From contig NC_043019.1 in the NCBI RefSeq assembly GCF_006345805.1, forward strand, positions 24,923,360-24,987,359: a DNA stretch of 64,000 nt, written 5' to 3'. The DNA comes from Octopus sinensis. Its lineage: Eukaryota. Shown in pieces: positions 53,471 to 64,000 of this stretch. Both the position numbers and the translations under genes were made by a program. Position 1 is the stretch's first letter. Each line of letters opens with the position of its first letter. The notes beneath the pieces were generated by a model. It was not told the origin of the DNA. It searched no databases and was given only the letters and a program-made list of their open reading frames with translations.

Positions 53471-55299
53471 TGAAAGTGATATGGAATCGGAAATGGAGAG
53501 TGTCCAAATCATAAGAATAACGTTAAAATGGTTGATTATAATTAACATAATTGTATTAAATACAGATTGGGAAAATAGCTAATTGTTAACCAATGATCAA
53601 GGAGAAAATCTAAGAAGAAAACTCCAGGAAACTTTGGAAACTTTAGAAAACTACAGGAAATTTTACAGGTAACATAAAAAAAGTGAAGGTATGATAATTA
53701 ATAACGACACTGTAAAATGGTTAAATAATTATATAGAGAAGTGAAAAAATATATGTTAAATCCAAAATATCAAAATGTAGTCAAAGTAAAGGAAGTAAAT
53801 ATAATCTTCTATGATATTTTGGCAGTGTATTTAAATTGTGGGAGAAATGGGTGGAGAAAACAAATATAGAGTGAAGATCATTTATAGGAGAAAATAGAAT
53901 GAGACGATGAGCGATGGCTAGAAGTATATTGAGTTCTTCATAATCAGCTGATCTAGCAAGCGGGGCCTCATATCAGTGAGGGGGGCCGGTGCGCATTGAT
54001 GCCGTTGAGAGGTAGGCCCCGAAACGGCGCGCATTCTCTCCTAATGACCCCATACACTTGCTAGCTTCCGATATACGGAGCTTTTAACTGGTAGCACTTG
54101 CATGTGCAAGTTGTTTGCAAGACATCTAAAACGAAGTTTAGAAATGAAGAAATAATGAAGTGAAAAATGATGTATGATGATACATAATTGTAAATACAGA
54201 CGTGAGGACGACTAAATATTTTAATATCGAATAAATAAATAAATAAATAATATCAGCTAGTAACCTCCAAGTGTTTACTTCTTAATTTAGCTTATGACCA
54301 CTGTTGATCCTACAAAGAACTACGTTTAGCGACGCAACCCTTTTCTGGCCAAATTTTTACAAACCGAAATACTAAAAATGCTGAAAAGGCAAATTCATTC
54401 AAGCGCTTAAAAAATCATTGCATAGTCAGAGGAGAAATGGCAGCACCTATCACCTTTATTGTAGATCCTCCACCAATGGCGGACAAAAAGGAGGAAGAAA
54501 CCAAAGGCTCACAGGAAATATACTAAAAAGAACAGAGACCTACTCCTAGTTCTTGTAGTATAATGGACATCAAAGGGCTAGATGTTAAATGGTTAGACGA
54601 AAATGAAATTCAGAAATCCTGCAACTTATAGTTTTATATTTAATAAACCAAAATGTTCTTAATTGTAAACCAGCCTACTGATTAATAATTCAACGAATAA
54701 TTAGGATTAATGATCTAATTAGCATATATAATTAGTTATAAATGAAGTAGGAATCTACTAATTCGTTCATATTGAATCAATTTAGTTCAGCAATGTTTTA
54801 CTGCAAATTGATTTTTGATAGGAACCAAAGAACACAACCGTATTGACAACGACACCGTAATGTTATGGTAGAATATATTAGGGAATAATATCGATCCTGA
54901 ATATTTGTGTGCATGTGTGTTTACATACGCGTATACACACACAGACGCACATATCCACATGCATACGTACATACATAAGAATAATAAGAAATGGAGACAA
55001 ACGCTCAAGATGTTATTCAAATCCTTTATATCACCATTTATATCACGTGTGTGTGTGTGTGTGTCTGCTTACATGCATAGACGTATGAACGAGTGTGCGT
55101 ATGTATTGTCTCAATAACAAAGACAGTGATATATCGAACTAAGTGATGATGAACCGAGTAAAATATAATTTATATCACACACACACACACGCATATATAT
55201 ATATATATATAATATATATATATATTTACCGGAGTAAACACATAAATGTGAAACAAGGTGGAAAAAAGAGTACTCAAATACCAGTGGTAGAGTAATATG

Positions 55300-55444
55300 C
55301 TTTATTTAAAGCTGCAGAAAATTCAACAAAACCTGTTACTCTGAGTTTCCCGTTGCCGTTCATCTAGCAAAAACTGTCCGATGAATGGCAACGGGAAACT
55401 CAGAGTAACAGGTTTTGTTGAATTTTCTGCTGCTTTAAATAAAG
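55300..55444. repeat. 65-bp inverted repeat (63/65, 15-nt loop) carrying a hammerhead-like motif (family 4)
   Basis: Arms 55300-55364 and 55380-55444. The plus strand reads ctgt, CCGAUGA, A UG-GCAA-CG G, GAAA, CUCAGAG, UA, acag. Confidence 0.8.
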
Positions 55445-55446
55445 TG

Positions 55447-55519
<73 letters not shown>

Positions 55520-55550
55520 CATACATGTATATATATACATGCATACATGC

Positions 55551-55583
<33 letters not shown>

Positions 55584-56264
55584 CATGAGTAAACATCTAC
55601 AGAATTGGTCCCTAGAGCAGTGGAAGAATGTTATTTTCTCGGACGAATCACCTTTTACCTTATTTCCAACCACCGGCCAAGTATACGTATGGCGACAGCC
55701 AAACGAAGCATTTGGCCCAGACTGCCGTCTTCCAACTGTTAAACATGGGGGATAATCTGTGATGATCTGGAGGGCTATATCTTGGAAATCCACTGGTCCA
55801 ATGGTTTCCCTTCATGGCAAAATTAATAGTCAAGACTATTTAAGCATTTTATCTGATCAAATTCATCCTATGGTTGCAGAACTGTTTCCGGAGTCTTTCA
55901 GGATGATAATGCACCAATTCACTCAGCTAAATTTGTTACTGAATGGCACGAGGAACATTCTAGTGAAGTTGAACATCTTATCTGGCCACCACAGTCCCTA
56001 GATCTCAATATTATTGAATATTTATGGTGCATTTTAGAAAAACAAGTAAGGAGTGGATATTCTCCACCATCACCACTACAAGAACTGGAGACTGTGTTAG
56101 CTGAAGAATGGACAAACATTCCTTTGGAAACAATTCAAACTTTGTACGAGTCCATACCTCGTAGAACTCTTGCTGTAATTACTGTCAAAGGCGGTCCTAC
56201 CCCATATTAAAATAAATTTGTTTGAAATTTTAAGGCGTTTCCATTATTTTGTCCAACCCCTGTA
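55584..56264 (+). mobile_element. Tc1-like (DD34E) transposase relic with 3' TIR and TA
   Basis: [10 protein letters not shown]...TVKHGG...FQDDNAPIH...WPPQSLDLNIIEYLW motifs across frameshifts; ends gtccaacccctg-TA. Confidence 0.85.
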
Positions 56265-56494
56265 TTTGTATAATACACCTGTCTGAATTATTTAAAGGAA
56301 GATCAGTATATACATGTGAGTGCATGTGTGTGTATGCATGTGTGTGCGTATTACATTGTGTTAATTGTGGCCGGGTCTTCAGCACGTACACCATTCCCTA
56401 TCTTATCTATTACCAAATGTTCATTGTGTGTGAAATTGTGTGTATGAAGTAGATATGTAACAGCGTTTGTGTATGTGTGTGTAGAGAGACAGAC

Positions 56495-56575
<81 letters not shown>

Positions 56576-56576
<1 letters not shown>

Positions 56577-57933
56577 GTTTCTTTATTGGCCACACAGGGC
56601 TGCACACAGATGGGACAAGTTACAAGGTAGAGCTTTTCTTTTGGGGGATGAAAAAAAAGGGGGTGGCGTAGGTTTTCGATCAAGAGGGATCGTAAAAGGG
56701 AAGAAAAGAACAAAAAAAAATGAAAAAATAAATAGAATAAAAAATAAAAAGAATTAAAAAAAAAAGAAAAGGAAAAGGAACAAAAGAAAAGAGAAATGAA
56801 AAAAGAAGAAAAAGGGGTAAAAAAAGGGGAAGAGGAAAAAAAAAGAACGATCAATAGGGATCGTGTATCACAGTGTTATGATATATGGTGTAAAGGGGAA
56901 AGCAAGTAAGGTTTATCCGTGGGAAGAAAAGCCTACGAAAAAGACCACGGTAACCTTGGTCAATATTGTTATATGTTACCACATTTGTTTGCAAGTGGGT
57001 AACTTTCTGTTTTCAATTTCTGGGTTCATAGGATTATGCTCAAGGTGGCTTCGTCATTCATACGTGCCATCCTTGCTACATTCACCCATCTTTTTTTAAA
57101 ACATTCGCTAGACAAAACTTGCCTCTCTACTCTCACTTTCCTTTTCAAGTGGTACTTGAAGAAGTTGATGAGAGATTGACCAGAGAGGAAAGTGTTTGTC
57201 TCCAATCCTTTCAGACGCGTCCACCAGATACATTCTTTCGCCATAGCCACAAGGATGATGAAAATAGCTCTTCCTTCCCGTTTGAAGGAAGGAGGCGTGA
57301 CAATATTGACGATAGACTCAGCTGATAAACCGACTCGTCCCACACGTGACAGCAGTTGTTCGACACAAGCCCACAGGTCGGAAATTGTTGGACACTGCAC
57401 GAGTGCGTGCAGAACGGTTTCGTCGCTCTGACCGCATCTCGGGCAGGTCGGCCCCGTGTTTCTCAAGCCGTGTCTGTAGAGCTTATCCCGAACGGGTAGC
57501 GCTTCTCGGTAACACTGCCAGGCCAGGGATCTCTGGAAGTTGTCCATGGGCCCTGGCCCGAAAGTCGTCCTGAACAGGCGGATCAGGTACTCCTCGTCGA
57601 CGTCCAGGTTCGCCCCGAGCTCGTCGTCGTACCTCCCCTCCACTAATCCCCTATAGAATGCTTTGGTTGTGTTGAAGTCACTCAAGGTCGACCCAGGACG
57701 GCAGAGTTGCTTGAGAGCAACGCGACACTCGCGGTGCCATTCGCCCTTCCTCGGCCTCTTTTTGATCCACGACTGCAGTTCGGTCATGGAGACGAGCTGC
57801 GGGAAAGCGTGCCTCACAAACGGCGACCACACCTGTTCACCGTCGTCTACATAGAGCCAGAGATGTCGCAGTCTCAGCGCGTGTCTGCGCATCATCAACC
57901 AAGGCATGCCCAGCCCTCCTTTTAACGGGTGTT

Positions 57934-57934
<1 letters not shown>
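56576..57934 (-). mobile_element. 5'-truncated Tx1/L1-like LINE embedded in (GATA)n
   Basis: KHPLKGGLGMPWL...LPVRDKLYRHG...CPRCGQSDETVLHALVQCP (zf-RVT-like CCHC). Open frame of 293+ aa, GC-rich; 3' UTR with AATAAA at 56587-56582; (TATC)n tracts at both junctions. Confidence 0.85.
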
Positions 57935-58298
<364 letters not shown>

Positions 58299-58940
58299 GG
58301 GGAGAGAGTGAGCAAGTGGCTAAGTGAGTGATTGGACGATCAACAAATAAGTGAGAATACATTTCCAAAAAGATGTCAGTCGATTTTAAGAAAAACTCAA
58401 ATGCACCCTCAACTTTAACAAGGAATACCTGTTCACGGATAACATCTAAAATATTCTTTAGATAAAAGAATGAATAGTCTGACTCAGCCTCCCGGTGCCT
58501 TACAAAGGCCTTGTATAAACTCTTCAGAAACAAACCAAACATTAAGATCATTGGGGGTTGCAAATGATTGGAGGTGAGAGATTATATGAATCTTCAGCAT
58601 TTTATTCGGAGTGACCTAGACTAGCTGTCACCACTATAGCTAAAGAGTACAAGTCTACTCGTCACTCGGTCAATCACAGTGGACTTGCATTAAGTTCGTT
58701 TGCCATCTCACATATTTCTAAGTGCCTGCGCACTATCGTTACATAGCTTTCGGTTGCAGACTGGATTCTTTTGTGGATAAAACGCAAGTGGCATATAACA
58801 TGTTAAGCCTCACAATAAATCTTGATAAAACTGATCGTTTTCATCAGCCCCGCCATGGGAAGCCTCCACGTATGGATCTTAAAGCAACAATATTTCGTAA
58901 AACTTTGTAAAATGTATTTTCCCTCAAATATTTATTTCGT

Positions 58941-59155
58941 TACTACCCACAAGGGGCTAAACACAGAGGAGACAAACAAGGACAGACAAAGGGATTAAGT
59001 CGATTACATCGACCCAGTGCGAAACTGGTACTTTATTTATCGACCCCGAAAGGATGAAAGGCAAAGTCGACCTCGGCGGAATTTGAACTCAGAATGTAAC
59101 GACAGACGAAATACCGCTAAGCATTTCGCCCGGCGTACTAACGTTTCTGCCAGCT
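58941..59155 (-). mobile_element. SINE family A, tail type 1
   Basis: Full-length reverse-complement copy, very similar to 33603-33817. Confidence 0.9.
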
Positions 59156-59159
59156 AGTT

Positions 59160-60235
59160 GTCGTATTACTTCTGCTAAGGTTGCGGCCATTGTGGCACGG
59201 TTGGGTTCATGTAAAGTAACCGGACCTGATGGTATTCAAGCCATTGTTCTTCAGAAGTGCTCTCCTGAGTTATCTTCTGTCTTATCTAGGCTCTTCCGAA
59301 AGTGTATCTCAGAATCTTGTTTTCTTTCTTTATGGAAATTCCCAACTGTTGCTCCTGTCTTTAAGAACTGTGGTGATCGATCTAATCCTCTTAATTATAG
59401 ACCAATTAGTCAACTACCAATTATCAGTAAGGTTTTTGAGTGTTTTGTTAATGACTCTCTTGTAAAATATCTTGACTCAAATCGTTTATTCTCCGACTCT
59501 CAATATGGCTTTCGTGCCGGACGCTCTACTGCTGATCTTCTCACTGTTATATCCGAGCATGTTTATCGTGCCTTGAATGTATCTGGTCATACTAGGAAAG
59601 TTGCTCTTGATGTCTCTAAGGCATCTGATAGGTTTTGGCATGTTGGACTTCTATGGAAGTTCCAATCCTTTGGTATGTCAGGTTTCATGCTGAACATCAT
59701 CTCTTCTTTTCTTTATGACTGTGGGATCAAGGTTATTCTTGATGGTCAATATTCATCTAGTTATTCTATTAATGCTGGTGTTCCTCAACGATATACCCTG
59801 GACCCAACTCTCTTTCTTATTTTTATCAATGATCCGCCTGATCATATCACCTGTCTGCTAGTCATCTATGCTGATGACTCTACTTTGTACTCTTCTTTGG
59901 ACAAATCTAACGACTTGTCTGATAAGGTTGAGATCGCTGCTAACCTTGAGAATGATCTTCGATCTGTTGTCGAGTGGGGTAGGAAAAGGCTTGTAACGTT
60001 CAATCCATCGAAAACTTAACTTCTTTCAATTAATCGCTTCAGACATCCCTTTTTGCCATTGGTTTCGATGGATGGTATTGACTTAGCCGAGAGTCCTTCT
60101 CTTTCTCTCTTAGGAGTGATTTTCTGTAATGATTTTTCTTGGAGGACTTACATTGAATCTATTGCCAAATCGGCTGCGAGAAGGTAGGCTTACTCCTTCG
60201 GTCGAGGAGTTATCTCACAACCTGAGACTTTCCTA
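59160..60235 (+). mobile_element. CR1/L2/jockey-group LINE reverse transcriptase fragment (decayed)
   Basis: GPDGI...NYRPIS...QYGFR..RST...ALDVSKA..GVPQ...YADD motifs, with substitutions in conserved blocks and a stop at 60017-60019. Confidence 0.9.
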
Positions 60236-60846
60236 CGTATGTATGTGTGTGTGTGTGTGTGTTATTTTGGTCGAGTCAGTCTCTTGCTACTCTGAGTTTG
60301 AATTGCAGGTGCAGAGGATCTTCAGGCGTGTTGTGACTGGAAATCGATTGGTTTTACACATTTATCTCTAAGTTTTCTAATCATAGGGGGTGGTGATGGG
60401 GAGACGGTATGACAAAAGGGGGAAAACAGGAGGAAAAAGAGAGGATAAGAAAGGAAGAGGGAAATGAAAAGAGAAAGTAAAGAGTGAGTAATAGAAAAAA
60501 TATGAAAAAAAAATTAAATGAAAAACAGAGGAAGGAAATCGAAAATGAAAGACGGAGTGAAAGAAAGAAAAGGAAAGGCGGAAAGGGATACATATATATA
60601 TATATATATATATTTCACTTTTGGATTTGGTTTGCAAGATTCTTTATATGAGTTTGTATGTTGAAGCATATTCTGTTGTGTCTGGGGAGAGTCATTCTCT
60701 TTTAGTGCCTTATTAAATTTTACCGGTGAGTGTGTTAAGTAAGAAGGCACTAAAAGAGAATGTCTCTACCCAGGCACAACAGTAAATATATATATATGTA
60801 TGTATGTATGTATGTATTTATGTATGTATGTATGTATGTATGCATG

Positions 60847-60897
<51 letters not shown>

Positions 60898-61360
60898 CAA
60901 TGATAAATATCAAAGTGAGTTATATACAGTAGCGGTAACACATCGTGACGTATTTTTGCCATTTCAATATGGCTAACCCCTAAGGGTGGATGCTACTGTA
61001 GTTTTTAGCCCCAGGAGGACGCACTCCTCCAGCTGGCCATAGACACACTATCTGTGTCCTGTCAGTATTTGCAAAGGGAAGTCATCCTTCCCGTCTTCAA
61101 CTTATGATACTGACAGGACACAGATAGTGTGTCTATGGCCAGCTGGAGGAGTGCGTCCTCCTGGGGCTAAAAACTACAGTAGCATCCATCCTTAGGGGTT
61201 AGCCATATTGAAATGGCAAAAATACGTCACGATGTGTTACCGCTACTGTATATAACTCACTTTGATATTTATCATTGTTTGATTTCACTTTTTCAATATC
61301 AGCGACAGTGGACGCTGGAAAAAGTATAAGTATTTGTGAAGGAAATCTAATTCTCGGCGA

Positions 61361-61430
61361 CAACTATGATTGTCACACGCTGACGAGAGGTCAATACCTC
61401 GAAACTCGAGTCCGTGTGTATCATAAGTTG
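61361..61430 (+). ncRNA. Type I hammerhead ribozyme, copy 1 (predicted cleavage GUC between 61412 and 61413)
   Basis: Order: cacacg, CUGACGA, GAGGU-CAAU-ACCUC, GAAA, CUCGAG, UC, cgugug. All core nucleotides intact; 6-bp helix I extended by caac-uaugau/aucaua-a-guug; 5-bp helix II with G10.1-C11.1; palindromic helix III ACUCGAGU. Confidence 0.9.
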
Positions 61431-61713
61431 AAGACGGGAAGGATGACTTCCCTTTGCAAATACTGACAGGACACAGATAGTGTGTCTATGGCCAGCTGGA
61501 GGAGTGCGTCCTCCTGGGGCTAAAAACTACAGTAGCATCCACCCTTAGGGGTTAGCCATATTGAAATGGCAAAAATACGTCACGATGTGTTACCGCTACT
61601 GTATATAACTCACTTTGATATTTATCATTGTTTGATTTCACTTTTTCAATATCAGCGACAGTGGACGCTGGAAAAAGTATAAGTATTTGTGAAGGAAATC
61701 TAATTCTCGGCGA

Positions 61714-61783
61714 CAACTATGATTGTCACACGCTGACGAGAGGTCAATACCTCGAAACTCGAGTCCGTGTGTATCATAAGTTG
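61714..61783 (+). ncRNA. Type I hammerhead ribozyme, copy 2 (predicted cleavage between 61765 and 61766)
   Basis: Identical to copy 1, offset by exactly 353 nt. Confidence 0.9.
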
Positions 61784-62023
61784 AAGACGGGAAGGATGAC
61801 TTCCCTTTGCAAATACTGACAGGACACAGATAGTGTGTCTATGGCCAGCTGGAGGAGTGCGTCCTCCTGGGGCTAAAAACTACAGTAGCATCCACCCTTA
61901 GGGGTTAGCCATATTGAAATGGCAAAAATACGTCACTATATATATATATAAATTAACCATTATGGTATTTTTGGTATTCTGGCCACAAATAAATCATTAA
62001 ATAATGACTTTATTCTAATTACG

Positions 62024-62095
<72 letters not shown>

Positions 62096-62178
62096 GAAAT
62101 TTACAGAGAAACAAAAGACGAAGATGTGTATAAACAACAAACAGGTGTATTAGTTTGACGCTCGGGAACGGGAGAAAG

Positions 62179-62216
62179 TCTTTTACCTTTCGAGCCTACG
62201 CTCTTCGACAGAAAGG
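62179..62216 (-). ncRNA. Degenerate hammerhead-like motif (family 2; A6 changed to U)
   Basis: Order: ccuuu, CUGUCGA, extra A, GAGC-GUAG-GCUC, GAAA, GG, UA, aaaga. Flanks are homologous to 48380-48480 and 47745-47830. Confidence 0.45.
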
Positions 62217-62268
62217 AACAGGAGGAAACAATCAGAGAGAGAATGAATATATATATATATATTATATA

Positions 62269-62325
<57 letters not shown>

Positions 62326-62680
62326 ATATGTATATATATATCATATGCAAAATTCATTTGAATCAAGGTCCTTTAGTATTAAGGACGCTAAGCGAGAATT
62401 GAGATCTGCGCATGCGCGTATATGCCCTATACAAAAACACCAGTATTTACCCATGAATATAGACATATTCATAAACTTGCTCATACATGTTCATGCATAC
62501 ACATATACACCCATGCATATAAATATACATGTAGATGCAATGATATACTCATGCGCACCGACATGCAGTTTCAGAATTCAATGCAAGCTCCAGATCCAAG
62601 ATAGGGAAGGTTCCAGGAATTTCAGAGCTTAATGCAGAGACGTTCATATATGAAATCACATATGTATAAAATAAGAACAA

Positions 62681-62718
<38 letters not shown>

Positions 62719-63575
62719 AGAAAGGTTCATTACAGCTAATTTCTTCAAGTGAATTAAAAATTTTAAATTTGGTTCGCAGAGAAAAATATCAAGACGCGGA
62801 ATGCGGATTTCCCGCTCGTTTCGGCAATAATGAAGAGATATTGAAATGAGGTGAGATCAATCTACATTCAACAATTTGGGGTTTTTCACTCCGAACTAAA
62901 TTTTTAATTTTTAATTCACATAAAGAAAATGTTTTTTTGTGTTTGTTTTTGTTTTTTTTTTCTCAAGATTCAATCCAATTATTCATCAATAAGAAAAAAC
63001 GCGTCTGAAACAGCTGTAGAGAACCTTTAACCCATTTGTGTTCTTATCTTATATAGGTGTGTGTGCGTGTGTTTCCTTCTTTGCATTTCTTTGCATTAAG
63101 ATCTAAAATGTATAATCTTCTCTACCCTGATGACGGACACTCATCTTATCCAATGTTGATTGTATCAATTACGGTCACATATTGTGATAAACCACATCTA
63201 CCAACATTATTATGGATCTCCGAGCCCCCAGAAACAGCTCTTTTACTTATAACACCTGTCTTGCACGCCTTAAATTTTGTCTGTCGTCTGTACTCTGTGT
63301 AAGTTGAAACCTATTAATATAAACATCTAGATATTTATACTTAAAAATTCATCGTCTGAAAGTCTCCACCCTTTGCTTTCTCTCGTTTTGCGTGAATACG
63401 TATTTTATATTTCATATCCAAACTATTATATATTTTTAATATATTTAATGTTTTAATATATATGATGCATCTAATTTATTTATCTGCATAATTTCTTATG
63501 TGTGTGTCTGTGTATGTGTGTGTTGTGTGTGTGTATATGTGTATATATGTATGTATGTATATATATATATATATA

Positions 63576-64000
63576 TAAAATATTATTTGAGACAAAACCA
63601 CTATTTTGCAAAACAAACAAGGAAAGACTTAATAATATCTTTCAAAGATGAATCCCAAAACAGCGGTTCTATCTTACCTGTAAAATCCATAATTTGCGAA
63701 ATTGAGGTATTACACTCAATATACAAAATTATCAATATTATATAAATAATAAATATTAGGGAATATATCCAAATTTACAGGGAAAAAAAATCAGATTTAG
63801 GATTAAATCCAATTTTATAGTAAAATATTATAAAATATTATTTGAGACAAAACCACTATTTTGCAAAACAAACAAGGAAAGACTTAATAATATCTTTCAA
63901 AGATGAATCCCAAAACAGCGGTTCTATCTTACCTGTAAAATCCATAATTTGCGAAATTGAGGTATTACACTCAATATACAAAATTATCAATATTATATAA
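63576..64000. repeat. 255-bp tandem repeat, second copy truncated by the window end
   Basis: taaaatattatttgagacaaaaccactattttgc... at 63576 and 63831. Confidence 0.9.

Larger units (their letters stand above)
60896..61936 (+). mobile_element. Hammerhead-bearing 353-bp tandem element (non-LTR retrozyme-like or Penelope pLTR-like) with 5' inverted segment
   Basis: About 2.35 direct copies at 61107-61936 (one substitution seen, at 61189). Segment 60896-61110 is the reverse complement of 61418-61632. (TA)n on both flanks; no credible ORF. Confidence 0.85.

Noticed and set aside
58330-58620. Minus-strand ORF segment MQPPMILMFG... near the Tx1-like element
   Set aside because: No recognisable motif, and half of the ORF is microsatellite.
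61275-61819. Two identical 63-aa ORFs in the 353-bp units
   Set aside because: TTG start, no recognisable domain, and they overlap the ribozyme; explained by the repeat.
61107-61936. CRISPR-like or satellite interpretation of the tandem array
   Set aside because: Eukaryotic context, no unique spacers, and only about 2.35 units; the intact ribozyme explains the unit better.

Overview
AT-rich, microsatellite- and SINE-dense animal genomic DNA, recognisably cephalopod (octopus). The only host protein-coding gene I can support is the visual Gq-coupled rhodopsin on the - strand. It has three coding exons (19505-19321, 18112-17976, 16251-15197), giving a 458-aa protein with K306, E181, DRY and the PPQG tail. 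A splice acceptor upstream of the ATG implies a non-coding first exon; the best candidate is a TATA/initiator/donor unit at about 45628-45715, which would make the 5'-UTR intron about 26 kb. The rest of the window is transposon-derived: two abundant tRNA-type SINE families, CR1-like, RTE-like, R4/Dong-like and Tx1/L1-like LINE fragments, Tc1 and maT transposase relics, and MITEs. The most notable unexplained structure is at 60896-61936. It is a very young, non-coding 353-bp tandem repeat in which each complete unit carries a full type I hammerhead ribozyme (palindromic helix III, extended helix I), with a 5' inverted segment that starts next to the predicted cleavage site. This matches the architecture of a non-LTR retrozyme or Penelope-type pseudo-LTR predicted to yield a 353-nt linear or circular RNA. 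At least three further, sequence-unrelated hammerhead-like families lie between 47.8 and 62.2 kb, two of them in near-perfect inverted repeats. All calls come from reading the sequence by eye; no searches or folding programs were run.
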